Below are positions 1-15,000 of a DNA stretch of 64,000 bases, one piece after another. The notes under the pieces are model-generated. The model was not told where the DNA came from, searched no databases, and saw only the letters and a list, made by a program, of their open reading frames with translations. The translations under genes were made by a program, and so were the position numbers. Source of the DNA: Ylistrum balloti (lineage: Eukaryota); the NCBI RefSeq assembly GCF_031769215.1, contig NW_026782059.1:434001-498000 (forward strand). The letters run 5' to 3'. How positions within the stretch are numbered: the stretch's first letter is position 1; the number at the start of each line of letters is the position of its first letter.

Positions 1-30
1 GACACATCTGGCAAACGCCTCCTGTAGCAC
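1..30 (-). CDS. DNAJC13: DNAJC13 coding exon 38 (partial, runs off window)
   Basis: acceptor ttttaacag at 32-31; [10 protein letters not shown]. Confidence 0.9.
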   Translation of the reverse strand, partial: MLQEAFARCV

Positions 31-3000
31 CTGTTAAAAGAAAGTTGAGTTAAGGTTGTATGCTACCTTATACCTCCTTTTCAGAAATGTTTAGACAGTG
101 ACTACTAACACCCGTGTCCAAGCAAGATCGGGCTGCATTGGAGGAGGTTGTTGTATGGGCTAGAGTGAAATTCAAGGCAAAGAAATCTAGGTGTATGATA
201 AAGAGAAAAGGGAAACTAGCCCAACAGTTCATACTGTAAGTATAAGAAGAGGAAATTCCAACAACTGCAGACAACCTATGTTCTCTCCTGTTTTATTTAT
301 TCTATTCTTTGTTATGAGGGTCCACTGTATTTATCTACAGAATAGCATTTAGTGTACTTGAAGTTTATTATTCAATAACTTTTGTTTACCTGTATTCTCC
401 ATCTACTTACTATTTGTACCTGTACATATTCTTTATTCTTAATGGTTTGTACACTCTATTCTAATAATGCATTACATACCTGTATACCGTGTTCTCTGCG
501 AAGCTCCTCAGCGTTGAGAGCTGAACATTTAACTGTGTGATATGCTAGCTCAGTTGCTGCTGACAACAGTGGGGCAGACTTAGAGAAGAGGGAGTCATCG
601 CTTGTTTCCATGCGAATGGTTTTTATCAGCATCGGATATCCAGCATACTTGTAAGGTTCCAGATCTAACAAAGAATCACATTATTCACTTTCTAAATTTA
701 ATATTCTTCATTGAAACTGAAAGGTTTCTTCCAGTCAGCACATTAACTTTGAACTTTTTATTGTAAATTTCTCAACTAAATACACACATAACAAAAAATA
801 TGTCTGGGTGGGGAAATTGGTGTTTAGAGAAATAAAATGATGAAAAAAGTTAATAAGTAAGAAAAAAGTCAAATGCTTCATTTTATCATGGGGGGGGGGG
901 AAACATCAATTAAAAACCAAAAAGCTGCTCCACTATACCATTGAGGGAGTGGGGGAGGGATTATTTCATTTCACCATAATGATGGTAACCATGAACCGTG
1001 GTTAACTTTACCATGGACTTCACTTATATTCCTACGCCAGGAATAAATGTGTCATGATTATCGAGGGTCCACTGTATTTATTTACAGAATAGTCTAATCA
1101 ATGTATTCCTTTTTAAGAATATAAAACCTTTGTTGTCAACATAATGGTATCTTCTAACCTGTCACTTACCATCCTTATACCTCCTAAAGAGAATGGACTG
1201 TGCCTGGAGTATTAAAACAATATTCTGGGGATCAGGGCCATCCTTCAGTCTTGACTTGCTGCACAGGAACTCATACGCTTTGTTCACTTGTTCGAACATT
1301 TCCTAGATTAGAAATTGAAACATGAACCAGAGAAAATATATAAGTGATATCTGTATACTTAAAATAATCTTCAGTCTTCATATGGAACAACTTATTAGTT
1401 TTCATCTATTCTTGATATACCAGATACCAGATAAAATAACAAAAAAGACCCTAACTCACCCGTCCTTCTGGGTTTTTGTCAGGATGGTATTTCTGGGCTA
1501 GTTTGAAGTATGCTTTCCTGATTGTGGACTCTTCATGTCTGAAATGAATAACAATATCATGCTTTTTGAATGAAAGAATTACTGAACATTTATAATATTT
1601 ATCAACATTTTATATGCAGTCTTACTGCTTTTCATAATGTTTGACAAAATATCAGCTTTAAATACTTTGATGTTAATTTTGAGCCCTTCATTACAGTCAC
1701 CTCCTTGTACATATAAAGAGTGATGTAGCCCACTTCCCATCCACACAAACATATTGTGATTTAGTAAAATAGTTCCCTACCTACCCACATAAATACAGAG
1801 TCATGTGGGTAATCAGCCCCCTACCTGCACATGTGAACAGTCCTCAACCGTGTCACTTAAACAAAGGATAGCGAAAGAAATTAGTTTCCTCTTCACATAA
1901 ATAAAGACTTAGATTGGAAAATATTTCCCTACCTGTCCAAATAAACATAATGTGATGTAAGAAAATATTCCCCTACCCGCCCATGTAAACATACAGTGAT
2001 GTTGGACTCCCTTACCCGCCTACACCTTTCTTGAGGTTAAGTACAGCATATGCCTCATCTAGTGACATGCTGGGAGGTTTCTTCTCTACTTCCTTCTTCC
2101 AGGCCTCCAAAATGTCTTTCAGCAGCTTCACCTGAAACACAAAAGGTCAAGGTCATTCCACATCAAGTTGAACAGAACAAAAATCAACAACACTGTCAAA
2201 CTTAAGCTGGAAAAAAAAATTTAAAAAGTGCAAGTCGTCACAGAAAAAAACCCCAAGAATCATACATTTTTAGTAAAACGTGTAACTGTGACAAAATACT
2301 TGTATTGTATTTCTTACATCCATTAGATACAGGATGGTAGGTTATACTGGATAAATAAAAATGTCAGAATATTTGATTGTCAGATTAGAAAGGTTTTGTA
2401 GTACAAAGGTTCCTATTGCCTTTGAATGCCGAGTAAAAGCAGCTCAATACTTTATATATATTATGTTTGATATATGTCTTGTTATAGAGAAAGGCAACAT
2501 CAATTTGTCTGCATTATTTGCAATATTTCTACACCACTGGCAGTCCATGAGCTGGTACTACACAACAGGCTTTGGTAAGATTACTCCGTGGCAATGCCAT
2601 ACAACAATACCTTGAATATTTAGAAACAGCAGTCAATGAAGGATCTCAAATTTGACAAGTCAGTCTAATCTAGAACTGTTGTCCAAGGGACAATGCATAC
2701 CCACCCCACAACCCCTCAACCTTGCCCATTTCTAAATGTCATAACTTTCCAAAAAGGGGAGGTAACTTAACCCTGATATAGATTATGCATATCTACGATG
2801 AATCAGGATTATAGAAAGCAAGTATTGTTGAAATCAATTCAGCAGTTTAAGAGGAGTAGCTTCGTGCATCAAGGCATCTACAGAAGGATGGAAAGACAAT
2901 CATATATTCCAGTATACCCCAACAATGAAGTTAGGAGGTTGGGAGGTTATGTTAAGTTTATACTATTAAACTTACAGGGTCTTTGATTGGCCAGTCTGGA

Positions 3001-6000
3001 AAGCGTGCTGTATCACATAGGTGTTTGAGATAGTAGATATTGCAGAAGAGCTCATTTTCTAACTGTGGGTAGCTGACTAGAGGTATTGGGCAGTACTGAT
3101 ACAGTGACCGAGTGTTACTCTGGAGACGAGGTGAGAAGTCCGCCAAGTGGGAGGCTATCTTTTCAATCATCAGTCGTCTGAAAATTAAAAATCAATAAAA
3201 TGACACATACGTCAGTTTTATCCAATTTTCCATTATAAAGCAGGCTAGATGAAATAATCTTAGATTTATTTTCCTTTTCCAACTTTTGTAATAAAAAATT
3301 AATACTGATTTCAAAATCCATTTAATAAAATCAAAGTTTAAAAATGAAATTTCTAATCTGTGAAAAATTTTGAAAATCATCTATTTATCTTTTGATGCAT
3401 ATATAAAACATTAGATTTGAGGAGGGTAGATTTGTTGTTTGACATTAACTCCATACCTCATTTCACTGTTCCATATGGCCTCAGGGGTGTCAAATTCACC
3501 TAGGAAGATTTTGGCAAATTTTTCTGGAGAATAATTTTCGAGGTAGCATACCATTGCTTCTGGCAGTATGTGACCTAACACACTCCGCATCATAATATCC
3601 GAACTGGAGAACTAAATACAAGAGAAATCACACTTGAGAATAAACAGGCATTAGACTCTATAATTTTTCTAGTGATTACCTGACCAAAAAAAAGAAATTC
3701 ATACGTAATACATACTCTCCTTATCTGTACTACAATTTTAAAACCAGACTAACCACTGTTTTCTTCTTCACAAGATATGTCAGGGAATCAGACAGTTTGA
3801 CACATATCTAAGAATCAAAGACGAAGGTAAGTCTTTACTTCTCTTGTCTTAGTAGGGTCCTATCCCTTTGTTAAAAGCATATCACCTACACTTACACAAC
3901 TCTTTATAGACCATCACTTACTCACTTACTCAACTCGTCATAGCATAACACCTACACTTACTAACCTCATGAGAGCATATATTTCATCTACACTGTAATA
4001 CTTTGTTGGAGAGATATGTCTACACTGTAATACTTTGTTGGAGAGATATGTCTACACTGTAATACTTCGTTGGAGAGATATGTCTACACTATAATGCCTT
4101 GTTGGAGAGTTATGTCTACACTGTAATACTTTGTTGGAGAGTTATGTCTACACTGTAATACTTTGTTGGAGAGATATGTCTACACTGTAATGCCTTGTTG
4201 GAGAGTTATGTCTACACTGTAATACTTTGTTGGAGAGATATGTCTACACTGTAATACTTTGTTGGAGAGATATGTCTACACTGTAATACTTCGTTGGAGA
4301 GATATGTCTACACTGTTACACCTTGTTGGAGCATTATGTCTACCTTGTAATACCTTGGAGCACATCACCTATACTTACCTCGTCGGAGCGGAAGGCCTGT
4401 GTGAGGTGGGTGTATTTGATGAATCGTGCTATTGGAAGGACATTGGAGCCAGTGTACATGAGAATGAAGAAGAAGACACCAGTAAGGTAGAGCCGTGATA
4501 TGTTGGGGTTGTCCTGCATGATGCTGTACAGTAGCACCGCGACCTTCTCTACCAGGATAGGGTCAAAGGTCAACAGCAACTGCAGACAAAAGGAAGTATT
4601 GTTAAATCAGAGAGCATTTCCTTTTCCACATTTACATCTTTTGTTAACTATTATTTTCCTCCGACACACTGACAAGACCTCACATGATAAATAGCATATC
4701 TTCAAAATATTTTTTCCACTCTATATTTTAAGATTTGGATATCACATTTGGATAAATTTATGTTCCACACAAAATCTGTGAAATAGCTGTACCTGGACTA
4801 TGTGAGGGAGGCAGACAGCATCTGATAGAATACGTTTGATTTTTGGCAGTGGTCGTACTATTGCACCTTCAGGGTCCCTGAAAACATCAAAATATATCTT
4901 AATCATGACTTATTCTTAACTTGCATTTTTCAAAAGATCTGTTTGATATGTTAAAAGACATTACATAACTTGTTCAGACAACAAAACCTGCCACAGCAAT
5001 GTGCCTCAAATTTGACATCTTTCAGAGGATTTAAAAATGCATGGAAAAGAAATGAATAAAAATTACGTCATCATAAAGTGTTAATGAGGGTTTACTCACC
5101 GACTAGGGTAATAATCGCTCATCTTGATGAACATATTGAGTATGAGACAGGCCAGGTCACTCTCATTCATCACTGCTTGACCAGTGGCTAGTAGAGTCCA
5201 TTTGAGTTGTGGAACAGATTGTAGAGGGCGCCATCCATCCATACCTTGGGCCCAACATCGTGTTTTTGCATGGACTGTACCTTCTTCATATAATGATTTC
5301 ATCTACAAAACAGAAATAATTTCAAGCAAAATAAAACATGTCCATCTTTAAATAAGAAAATTGCAAGTTCAAAAGCTTAAAATTTGAGAAGTTCCCAATC
5401 AGAATGGATCTTGAGATGTTCCCAGTCAGAATGGTTTTGAGATGTTCCAAGTCAAAACAGTTTTGAGATGTTCCCAATCAGAATGGTTTCCAGATGTTTT
5501 CAATCAGAATTGTTTTGATGTTCCCAGTCGGAATGGTTTCGTGATGTTCCCAGTTAGAATGATTTTTAAATATTCTCTTGTACTGATTGTGCAAACTTAC
5601 CTCCTCAAAGCTGTAGGGTCCAAGCCTTTCCTTGTCCTTGTTACCATAGTACCACTCTTTTTCACTTTCACGATTCATATCAGGCGAGGCTTCTATCACA
5701 TTTGTCTACAAATCCAAACAATAAACAAAACCCATTATCAGGAACTAAAGAACCCAACAACAGAACTCACAAACTCATTATCAGCTGTTATATAAATCAC
5801 AAACTCATTATCAGCTGTTATATAAATCACAAACTCATTATCAGCTGTTATATAAATCACAATCTCATTATCAGATGTTATACAACTCAAAAAACTCATA
5901 AACAGCTGTCATGGCACTCACAAACTCATAACCAGCTGTTATAGAAATCACAAACTCATAAACAACTAAGTTAAACTCAATGAAAAACACAATACAATAG

Positions 6001-9000
6001 TGTGATCATCAATTAAAACAGTCACACCTTATTGGTTCAAAGCAAGACTAAATCAACTAAATGGAAGTGTATATCATTACATATTGAAAATGAAACTAGG
6101 TTACAGTGACCTACTTGTAAGGGGACGGTGGCCCGTGTTGTATGTAAATGGGCTATAGTCAGCAGGTCAACCATGATCTTCACACCATTAGCATCCAGGA
6201 TGTCTTTCACATTACGCTATAATTACAAAGAAAATTATTCATTTAAACAAAATTTTACTATTCATTGTGCATGTTTCACAGTGGATGTATATTTCATATC
6301 CAGTTCATGGGGAGGAGGGAATTGCCATTCAATTTCCAGAATTACATGTATATTAAACACTTATTTTACTCAAAAGAAAAATTTTTATCAAATCTAAGAT
6401 GGCTGCCTGTCAGCCATTCTCTTTTCCTGATTAGTCCTAAAATCAAGCTGGCACAACTAGGGATCAAGGAAAACCTATATTTAAAATTTGTGAAGTATTT
6501 CTAACATAATAGTGTTAAAAAACTTTCAAAGCCAAAATCCTACATAGAGACCTATCAGCTATTTTGTTAATCTTATCATTCTCAACTAGGGACCAATGGA
6601 AACCTACATATGAATTTAAGAAAGACTCGTCCAGCTCTTCAAAAGAAAATAGGCAAAAAAAAAAAATTGTTTACAGACGGACCATGAATGTAGGATTATT
6701 TGAATAGTCCACCATGTGATGAGGATATGCTAGTAAAGACTAGAATCAACAGGACATAAAATAAAAGTGTAATTATAATTAACTACAAGTTTTCTATTTG
6801 TATATTTCTTTAAGATGTTTTAACCATTGTAAACAAGATTTTATTTTTCTTACTTACTGGGTGTAAGATGAGTTTGTTGAGGAACAGAATCAGACGATCT
6901 CTTTCCAACTTATCTGTGCACTGAATGGAGAAACAGAGCATAGGTTACCTACTGTTCAACTAATTCATAAATAAATACAACAAGACTGCATTCATGTGTG
7001 TAAATTAGCGCTTAATGATTCAAGCCAATCATTCACATTCCTAAGTCACTATAGTGACGTGTTAAATGACAGGTTCTACGTAGCCTGATCTTTCTGTCTT
7101 TACTAGTGAGAGTTGATTTGTCATCTATCATAATATTTTACAGTATCTAAGTTTTTCCATCTAACTTAAAATAATTTTCTCCTGAAATCTTTAAACTAGA
7201 CACATTGTGTAATGAAAAAGTACCCGTTCAAGCATGCCGACGATGTAGCGTGTGTCGTTGAAAGCACCAATTTCTTCATGACATTTGTTATAGACGATTG
7301 TCATGGCCTGTAAACACATACATTTCATGGCTGTCTTTGGTGTTAACAGGAAACGGTGGTAGAGATCATTGAAGAACTCATATCTGGAATAAAATCAAAT
7401 CAATTATATGCTCATCTTAAATAAGCAGCTCTTTTCCTCCCTTGAGACAGATAGAAAAAGAGAAAATTTCAGCAACTCTCTTCCCCTCCTTGAGAGAGGA
7501 AGAGAAAGAGTGTTTTTAATTTTTACTTCTTTTTTTTTTAGTCATTACTTACGATTTTTTGATGGCACTAGTTTCCTCAGTCTCCTCTTCTCCCTCCTCC
7601 AATAGAAGTCGCAGATAGTAGTCACCTGATACACAAACAACATTATAAACTGACCGCTAACTTCAGACCGAAACACAATTATCTGTATCATCAATACAAC
7701 ACATCGTGATTAACAAAACTCAGTGGACATAAAAGATTAGTTCCTTTAATCTTCACTTTAAAGACAATATTTATGACCAGTTATCAGCACAGTAGAGAAA
7801 AGAAGAGTATAGTGATTGAAAACCAGGCTTCAGGAGCTGGGCATCTACTCAAGATATTCCAGAATCTAATAGATGAACTTCAACATACACATGGCCTTAG
7901 TGGACGTTGGTTGTTGGAGGATTTTCTCCTGTAAGAAATTTTTCTCTTGATTTTGATAATCCCATCCCCTATTTTGAGTCAGAGGCAATGTTCAGGCCCC
8001 TGGCTTATTCTCCTGTAATCACTCTGTCCCCTACTAGGAGTTAGAGGCAATGTTCAGGCCCCTAGCTTATTCTCCTGTAATCACCCTGTCCCCTACTAGG
8101 AGTCAGAGGCAATGTTCAGGCCCCCGGGCTTATTGTCCAGTAATCACCCTGTCCTCTACTAGGAGTTAGAGGCAATGTTCAGGCCCCTGGCTTATTGTCC
8201 TGTAATCACCCTGTCCCCTACTAGGAGTCAGAGGCAATGTTCAGGCCCCAGGCTTATTCTCCTGTAATCACCCTGTCCCCTACTAGGAGTCAGAGGCAAT
8301 GTTCAGGCCCCTGGCTTATTCTCCTGTAATCACTCTGTCCCCTACTAGGAGTCAGAGGCAATGTTCAGGCCCCTGGCTTATTGTCCTGTAATCACTCTGT
8401 CCCCTACTAGGAGTCAGAGGCAATGTTCAGGCCCCTGGCTTATTCTCCTGTAATCACTCTGTCCCCTACTAGGAGTCAGAGGCAATGTTCAGGCCCCTGG
8501 CTTATTCTCCTGTAATCACCCTGTCCCCTACTAGGAGTCAGAGGCAATGTTCAGACCCCTGGCTTATTCTCCTGTAATCACTCTGTCCCCTACTAGGAGT
8601 TAGAGGCAATGTTCAGGCCCTTGGCTTATTGTCCTGTAATCATCCTGTCCCCTACTAGGAGTTAGAGGCAATGTTCAGGCCCCTGGCTTATTGTCCTGTA
8701 ATCACCCTGTCCCCTACTAGGAGTCAGAGGCAATGTTCAGGCCCCCTGGCTTATTGTCCTGAAATTACCTTGTCCCCTAGTTTGAGTGAGAGGTAATGTT
8801 CTAATCCCCTGTGTATATTGCAGGATAAATATGGTGTTGACCTTGATTGACTCCAAATGTTTAATTAGCCAAAAAAATCTTTATTTTTTGTTGACAGTCA
8901 TACCATCAATTCACTTAGTGAATCTCTGTATAATCTGACTCAATCTTTTAAAGAAAGTTTGTACAATGGCAAACTGTCATGAAAATCTACAAAACAAGAT

Positions 9001-12000
9001 TGGTGTAAATAATTTTCCAGCTAAAAGTATTGTCTTTCACATTTTGATGTACTGTACCTATCTTGATTTCATCTGACAGACAGATATAAGATACTTCAAA
9101 CTCTTGATGGTTCCATCCAATGATACAGTTAGTACCAAGCTCCTTATCGACTGTGAAAGCACGAATCTCGTTTTCTAGGGCTTCTCTCAGTTCTTCTCGT
9201 GTCTAGATCAAGCAAAGAAATTCTGTGTAAGTGCTGAATGGTAGGTTTTACATAAGTTTCATGATTTGGTATGTAGATAAAAAAAAAAGACAAAGTTAAG
9301 GTTAAGAACAGGGAAACTTTTGAATTTCTTCTCCAAGCTGAAAACTGGACATGAAAAAAACATAGAAAAATAACTTGCAAGATTAAAGAAATTCCTCTCC
9401 ATCAGCAAGTTGATTCCTCAAACATCAAGAGACTTTCTCTCTGTATTTTCAGAAAATAGTTTTCTTCATTTTACTAGAAAAATCTAAACATTTAAGACAT
9501 TTTTCATTAAAATTTTTCAGACCAGGATTACTGCCTGTGGGACTTCACTGACACCATTACAGTCAATAGGTACTTCTTTACCTTGTAGTTCCAGATGAGG
9601 TTTGGTTTAGCGTGGTCTTTGTTGAAGCCATAATAAAACAACGCCCAGTTCGCCTCGCTCTTAATGCGTTGACGACGCTTTCTCAAGGTCACTGGCTTCA
9701 AATCATTTTGCTGCAACATAAAATTATTTGGAATTAATGAAATTTCAAACATTATACCAACAATAGGCTTTCAATAACCACAAAATGATGCACATACTAA
9801 GCACACATGTAAATGACTTTTTCATTTCGTTGCTAACATTTTAACATAAATTAAATGAGAACAGGAGTTGATGCAATGTCTTGAACAAAATCTAGTCATT
9901 ATTGACAGATACAAAGACGAAATCATCAGAACATCGTCTTGTTTAAACTAAAAATTGACTCAAGTGATGAGAAACCTCGATAGTGAATTGACATTTTCAA
10001 AAATTTGATACAGGCAGAGATATGACAAAATATTTGTCTTTTCTCTAATGAACAAAGATACTATAAAAAAAAATTGAGAGCTCTGTGATAAAATACCTGT
10101 TTTGTTTTTTCCAAGCCAATCCTTGAACGCCAATGCTGAAGGAAACCATCGATCTTCATTTCCAGCATCAGCAGCTGTGGATTCTTCTTGTTTTTCTTTT
10201 GTATTTCCTAAACAAACAATTCTGGCCTTAGATCATTAGATCAACAAGCTGATAATTTAATTTGTGGTATTTATCAATGGTCTTTCAACACAATACAGTC
10301 ACAGGGTTGAATGCAGGGGGACCAGAAAAACTTTCAGATGAAAAAACTGACCACTACACAGAGAAACCGGTTACTGTGTATGTTACCACATATGCCTCAC
10401 CTGTGCCATTTTGACATTGTCCCTGATGTTGATTCTGTCTTCCTCAGACATTGGTACTTCATCTTCAGAGTCTAAAAATAGCAACAGGCCGCTGGGCTGG
10501 AAGTCAGAATTTGAAACAATTTCAACCTTCAGAATTAAGATTCTCAAATATCCAAACCTTCTTGACCTATATATACATTGTGACGTCATACATAATACGT
10601 AAGAGAAGGGGAGATAACACTATCATTCATAGTATACTGACATTACATTTGTCATCAATCAAATATGTGTAAAAGACTTTTTTCAAAATATCAACTTGCA
10701 TTTAGAGCTGGTTTAAATATTTGACAAACTCTCCCTCTTTGCACAGTACATATAAATATAAAATTGATATTCATTGTTCTTACTATCTCCTCTTACTGAT
10801 ACCTGTACCTCAAACACCTACCATTATCCTACAATTTAGCTTCTGAATTATGGGGTTTTTTGTAATGCTGAAAAATTCCATTTGAATTTGTCTGGAATTT
10901 TACTTATGAAAATGTATTGGTATAAAAGCATTAATTTGAACATAATTCAGAATATGACCCAACTTCTTACCAGGATGCGCCGCAACAGTCCCATAGCTGT
11001 CGGGTGACCTGTTACCCAAAGTCCTACCAGATGTCGACTCAGCTGTCTGTCAACAAATTGAGATTGAAATTAGATTATATTGAAATGAATACTCCATTAC
11101 ACCTTTAACTCAGTGTTTGTAATTTTCTTCTTTTTTTTTTGCCAATGACTGATAAAGATTGAATTCCATCTCATTTCTTATCTACAAGTTTGAAACAAAG
11201 CACCTATTGATAATAGGTGTTGACACTGTGTCTACCAGTCTGCAGTCAAAACCACCTTTTTCACACTCATTTCACGATAAGATCATTTGGAATCAATATG
11301 GCTTCATGAGTATTAGAATGATCAAAGATCATCTACAAAATTACATTTTTGTATTTTTGATATTGGCACAGTTTTATTGTGCAACATTTTGTGCATCGAT
11401 TAAGTCTCTTAACATAAAAAAAATGTATACCAACCCATTGTTTTTCTTTTCAACTTTTATAAATAATTTATAATTACAAAATTATCAATCTATTAACTGA
11501 TTATTTTATCAAATCTTTTTCTGATTTTTCAGCAGGCTATCACAGTAAAACATCAATTCCACCCTAGAACTTTATACTTTGTTTAGAAGTACCACTAATC
11601 TAATTTTACTGATAATTTGCCTTTTGGTAGTATTTTTGACAAGGAAATGAACTGTGTAGAAGTGATTTGTTTTTCGAGTTCATCCTTTATTATGAAGACC
11701 TACCAATTTAATTTCACTGATAGTTTGCCTTCTGGTAGTAATTGACAGGGAAATGAACCGTGTAAAAGTGATTTGTTGTAGAGTCCTGGGAACAAGCAGA
11801 TGATTTACTGGAATAGCCGTTAGAGCTGGTTTGTAACAAACCCAAACAATGAAAATATCCTATGTAAAGAATGTGACTTTAGATGTTTTCACCTACATTG
11901 ATTCTATAATGTTAAAGAGTGTGAAAAATCTAAGTTGGATTCTCAAGTGCCTTTGATAATCAATGGAATATCCTGTACCTGTTTGTTAACATTCTGCTGT

Positions 12001-15000
12001 CATTACTCTGTGTAAACATGGCAGTGTGGAGGTGTTTAGGGAGGGCACCCTCTGACAAAGCTAACTCCTGCATCTTGGCTGCCGTTTCTGCATCTCCTTC
12101 CTGTTAACAATATCATGCCATCTTTAATTGGTAACTCTTTTGTTGTTTTTTCTTCAATTTTGCATCAAAAATGAAATATTTTCAATCTCTTGAAAATATT
12201 TTGCTTGATATACTTGAAACAAACAGCTGTTGTGGATATGATATATATGTAATGTTTACAAAAATACAATAATATAATCTTGCTTTAGTAATGAGCTTGA
12301 AACAAACAACTATTGGGGGTGTTATGTGCATGTAATGTTTACACAAAATTCAATAATCTATAAGTACACACAGGACTATTTAGAATAAAGAATTAAACTG
12401 AGGCAGACATGTTTAAGAATTATAAACAAAGCCCTGTAATACAATGTAAATACAGTTAAACCTCATTACCTCAAAGTCATCGGGACCATGGGAAAACCTC
12501 ACGGTATCACAGTTATCAATTTTAAATGAGTTTTAATGTTTTGTGTAAAAGACCTGGATGGCAGAACACTTAAAACTAAATGGGGTCTTCGAGTAATATG
12601 AGTTTGAGATAACAAAGGTTTGACTACATGTGGTTTGGGATAGACTATCATTGACACCAAAACTTGTTGGAGATTTCTGATTTCTCAAATAGTATATCAT
12701 ACTCGACCAGTACCAAACATTTATCTGTGGTTTCAAGTCCGTATGACATAAATTCAACATGACTCGATGTTTCTTACCTCTATAATAGCTTTCATCACAA
12801 GTCCTGATCCCTTCACAATAGCCATGGAGGGATGCTGCAAAAACACAACCAATAAGGATATTTGTTAATGATATATATCCCAAATTAAGTCCAGGGGAGA
12901 CAACTCATCACTTCACTGGAAGTGGTCTTATTACTGGACAATATAATAGTTTTTATGTACAGCAGAGTGGATAGACTTATTACTAAGCAAATGCTTACTT
13001 ATGGATAATAATTGTAATAAATATTTATGTATTTAATGTTAATTCTCAATTTATTCAATCATTATAATTGCATTTAAATTCAATATTTCTATCCCTATCA
13101 TTCTGTGAGAAACATAAATTGTAATTTGCTAATAGCATTTAAGAATAAATGGGACTGGAATTTGCTACATTTGACATTTAAATAATCGTACTTGGAACAG
13201 TTTGAAGACAATGCGGCCATTTGCAGCAATCATTTCCAGTAACATATCAAAATGGCCACCATCAGTGGTCTCACTGTATGGTGCACAGAGAGCAAAGGTC
13301 AGGAAATCCAACATGGCCGATATTACCAATGCAGCAGTGTTGTGCACCTAAAAACAAAAGGAAGTAACTCTATTTTGATCTAGCTCATTTTAAACTTTTG
13401 TTTCTGAAAATCATGTTTTTTAAATTATACAATTACATAGGTTAATTGTGTTTTATCTATTTTTGATTAAGCATGTAATCAATGATTGATATGAAATGGC
13501 CAGGAAACTGTTCAGCTTAAACACTTCACAATTAGGTTAATTAATAATAATAATAATAATAATTAATTAAGGGAATAGTAATTTTGATCCTTTTTCATTT
13601 CTTTTTAATTTTTAGGTACAGTGCCAGGAATGAAATGTGAAAAATTTTGAAGCATTCAGAAATTTGGTTGGAATCTGTGAACATAATTCTTTCTCTCATT
13701 AGCTCGACATATTCAGTTATCAACATTGAGGTCAAAAAACAGATTGCCTCTTACATTTAATGAAATGTACCAGAATGACAACAATGCAAAATTTTTGGCT
13801 TATAAAAACCTCCCTTTGCTTTTTAAAAAAAATGCAAAAACAAAATTTCTGCAAACCCAGTTTGCTTGCTGGGTTTACTTCCCTATCAACTGCAAAGATC
13901 ATTTCAGCATCTGGTGTATACCTCACTTAAAAGTATACAGGAAGCCTTGCCTATACTTTCCAAACCATTTGAGGAAGTGTCTTGCCCATGGGCACAACAA
14001 ACTATGAATGCACAACCCTATTCACTGCAGGTCATTTAACAAGAGGCCAATCAGCCTTAAGGGTCATCTGACTGTAAAGACCTTTGTATGAAAGAGGCCA
14101 CATAGGCCTTAAATTTTTAGCTCATCTACACTACAGCTTACAAAGAAGACATTGGTTTGTACATAAAGACATTTTCTGCAAACTTGAAATCATATTCTTT
14201 ATACACTACACCATTGCCACTTCTCCAAACATATTGCTTTTTGAAGAGCATGCTACAGGTCCAATATGTAGACCCTTGCCCTTTTGGTTTTGAGAAAAAG
14301 CTGTTTAAAGATTTTACCATATTTGGCCCCTGTGACCTTGAAAATGGGTCAAGGTCATTCATGGTGACAAAGTTGAAAGTCCTTCATACAGGCCCAATAT
14401 CAGCATAATGGGCCTTTTGGTTTTTACGAAGAAGTCATTTAAAGATTTCAACATGTCTGACTCCTGTGAGCTTCAAAGTGGGTCAAGGCCATTCACATTT
14501 AAAAACATGGTAGCCCTTCAACCCATCATGCTACAGGCCCAATACCATAACCCATGGCCTTTTGGTTATTGAGAAAAAGTTATTTGAATGGAAAGTTTTT
14601 GCACAGTGCACAACGGCAGAAGAAACACAATTGCTTTTGATTAACCTGACCCATACAGTCAGATGACCTAATAAAAAATGTCTAAACTCCTCTAATAAAT
14701 CTGTGATGTAAAACATGTAGACAATTTATCATACCACATTTTCATTGAACATCTCCAGCAGAGTCTTCAGGAACTTTTGTGACGAGAGAAGGGAGTACTT
14801 GTTCATTTGTTCTTGTCGTAGGTCGTAGTCATCATGCATGGGCTGGAAAAGGCAAATTCTTGGTGAATTGATGTTTAACATATTGAAGAAATTTCATAAG
14901 ATATCACATTTACACTTACAAAAAAATACAAAATTCAAAATCCAAGGGTTCCACTGTTCACATCAACTTTCTATTCACAGAAGACATGATTAGCTATGAA

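Noticed and set aside
68-274. 68-aa minus ORF between DNAJC13 exons 37 and 38
   Set aside because: Exons 37 and 38 join directly in phase, and the ORF shows no DNAJC13 similarity.
3800-3832. Strong plus-strand donor GAAG|GTAAGT inside a DNAJC13 intron
   Set aside because: Isolated consensus match with no supporting exon or ORF; expected by chance.
7975-8805. 62-bp regular repeats as a possible CRISPR array
   Set aside because: Head-to-tail units with no unique spacers, no cas genes, eukaryotic intron.
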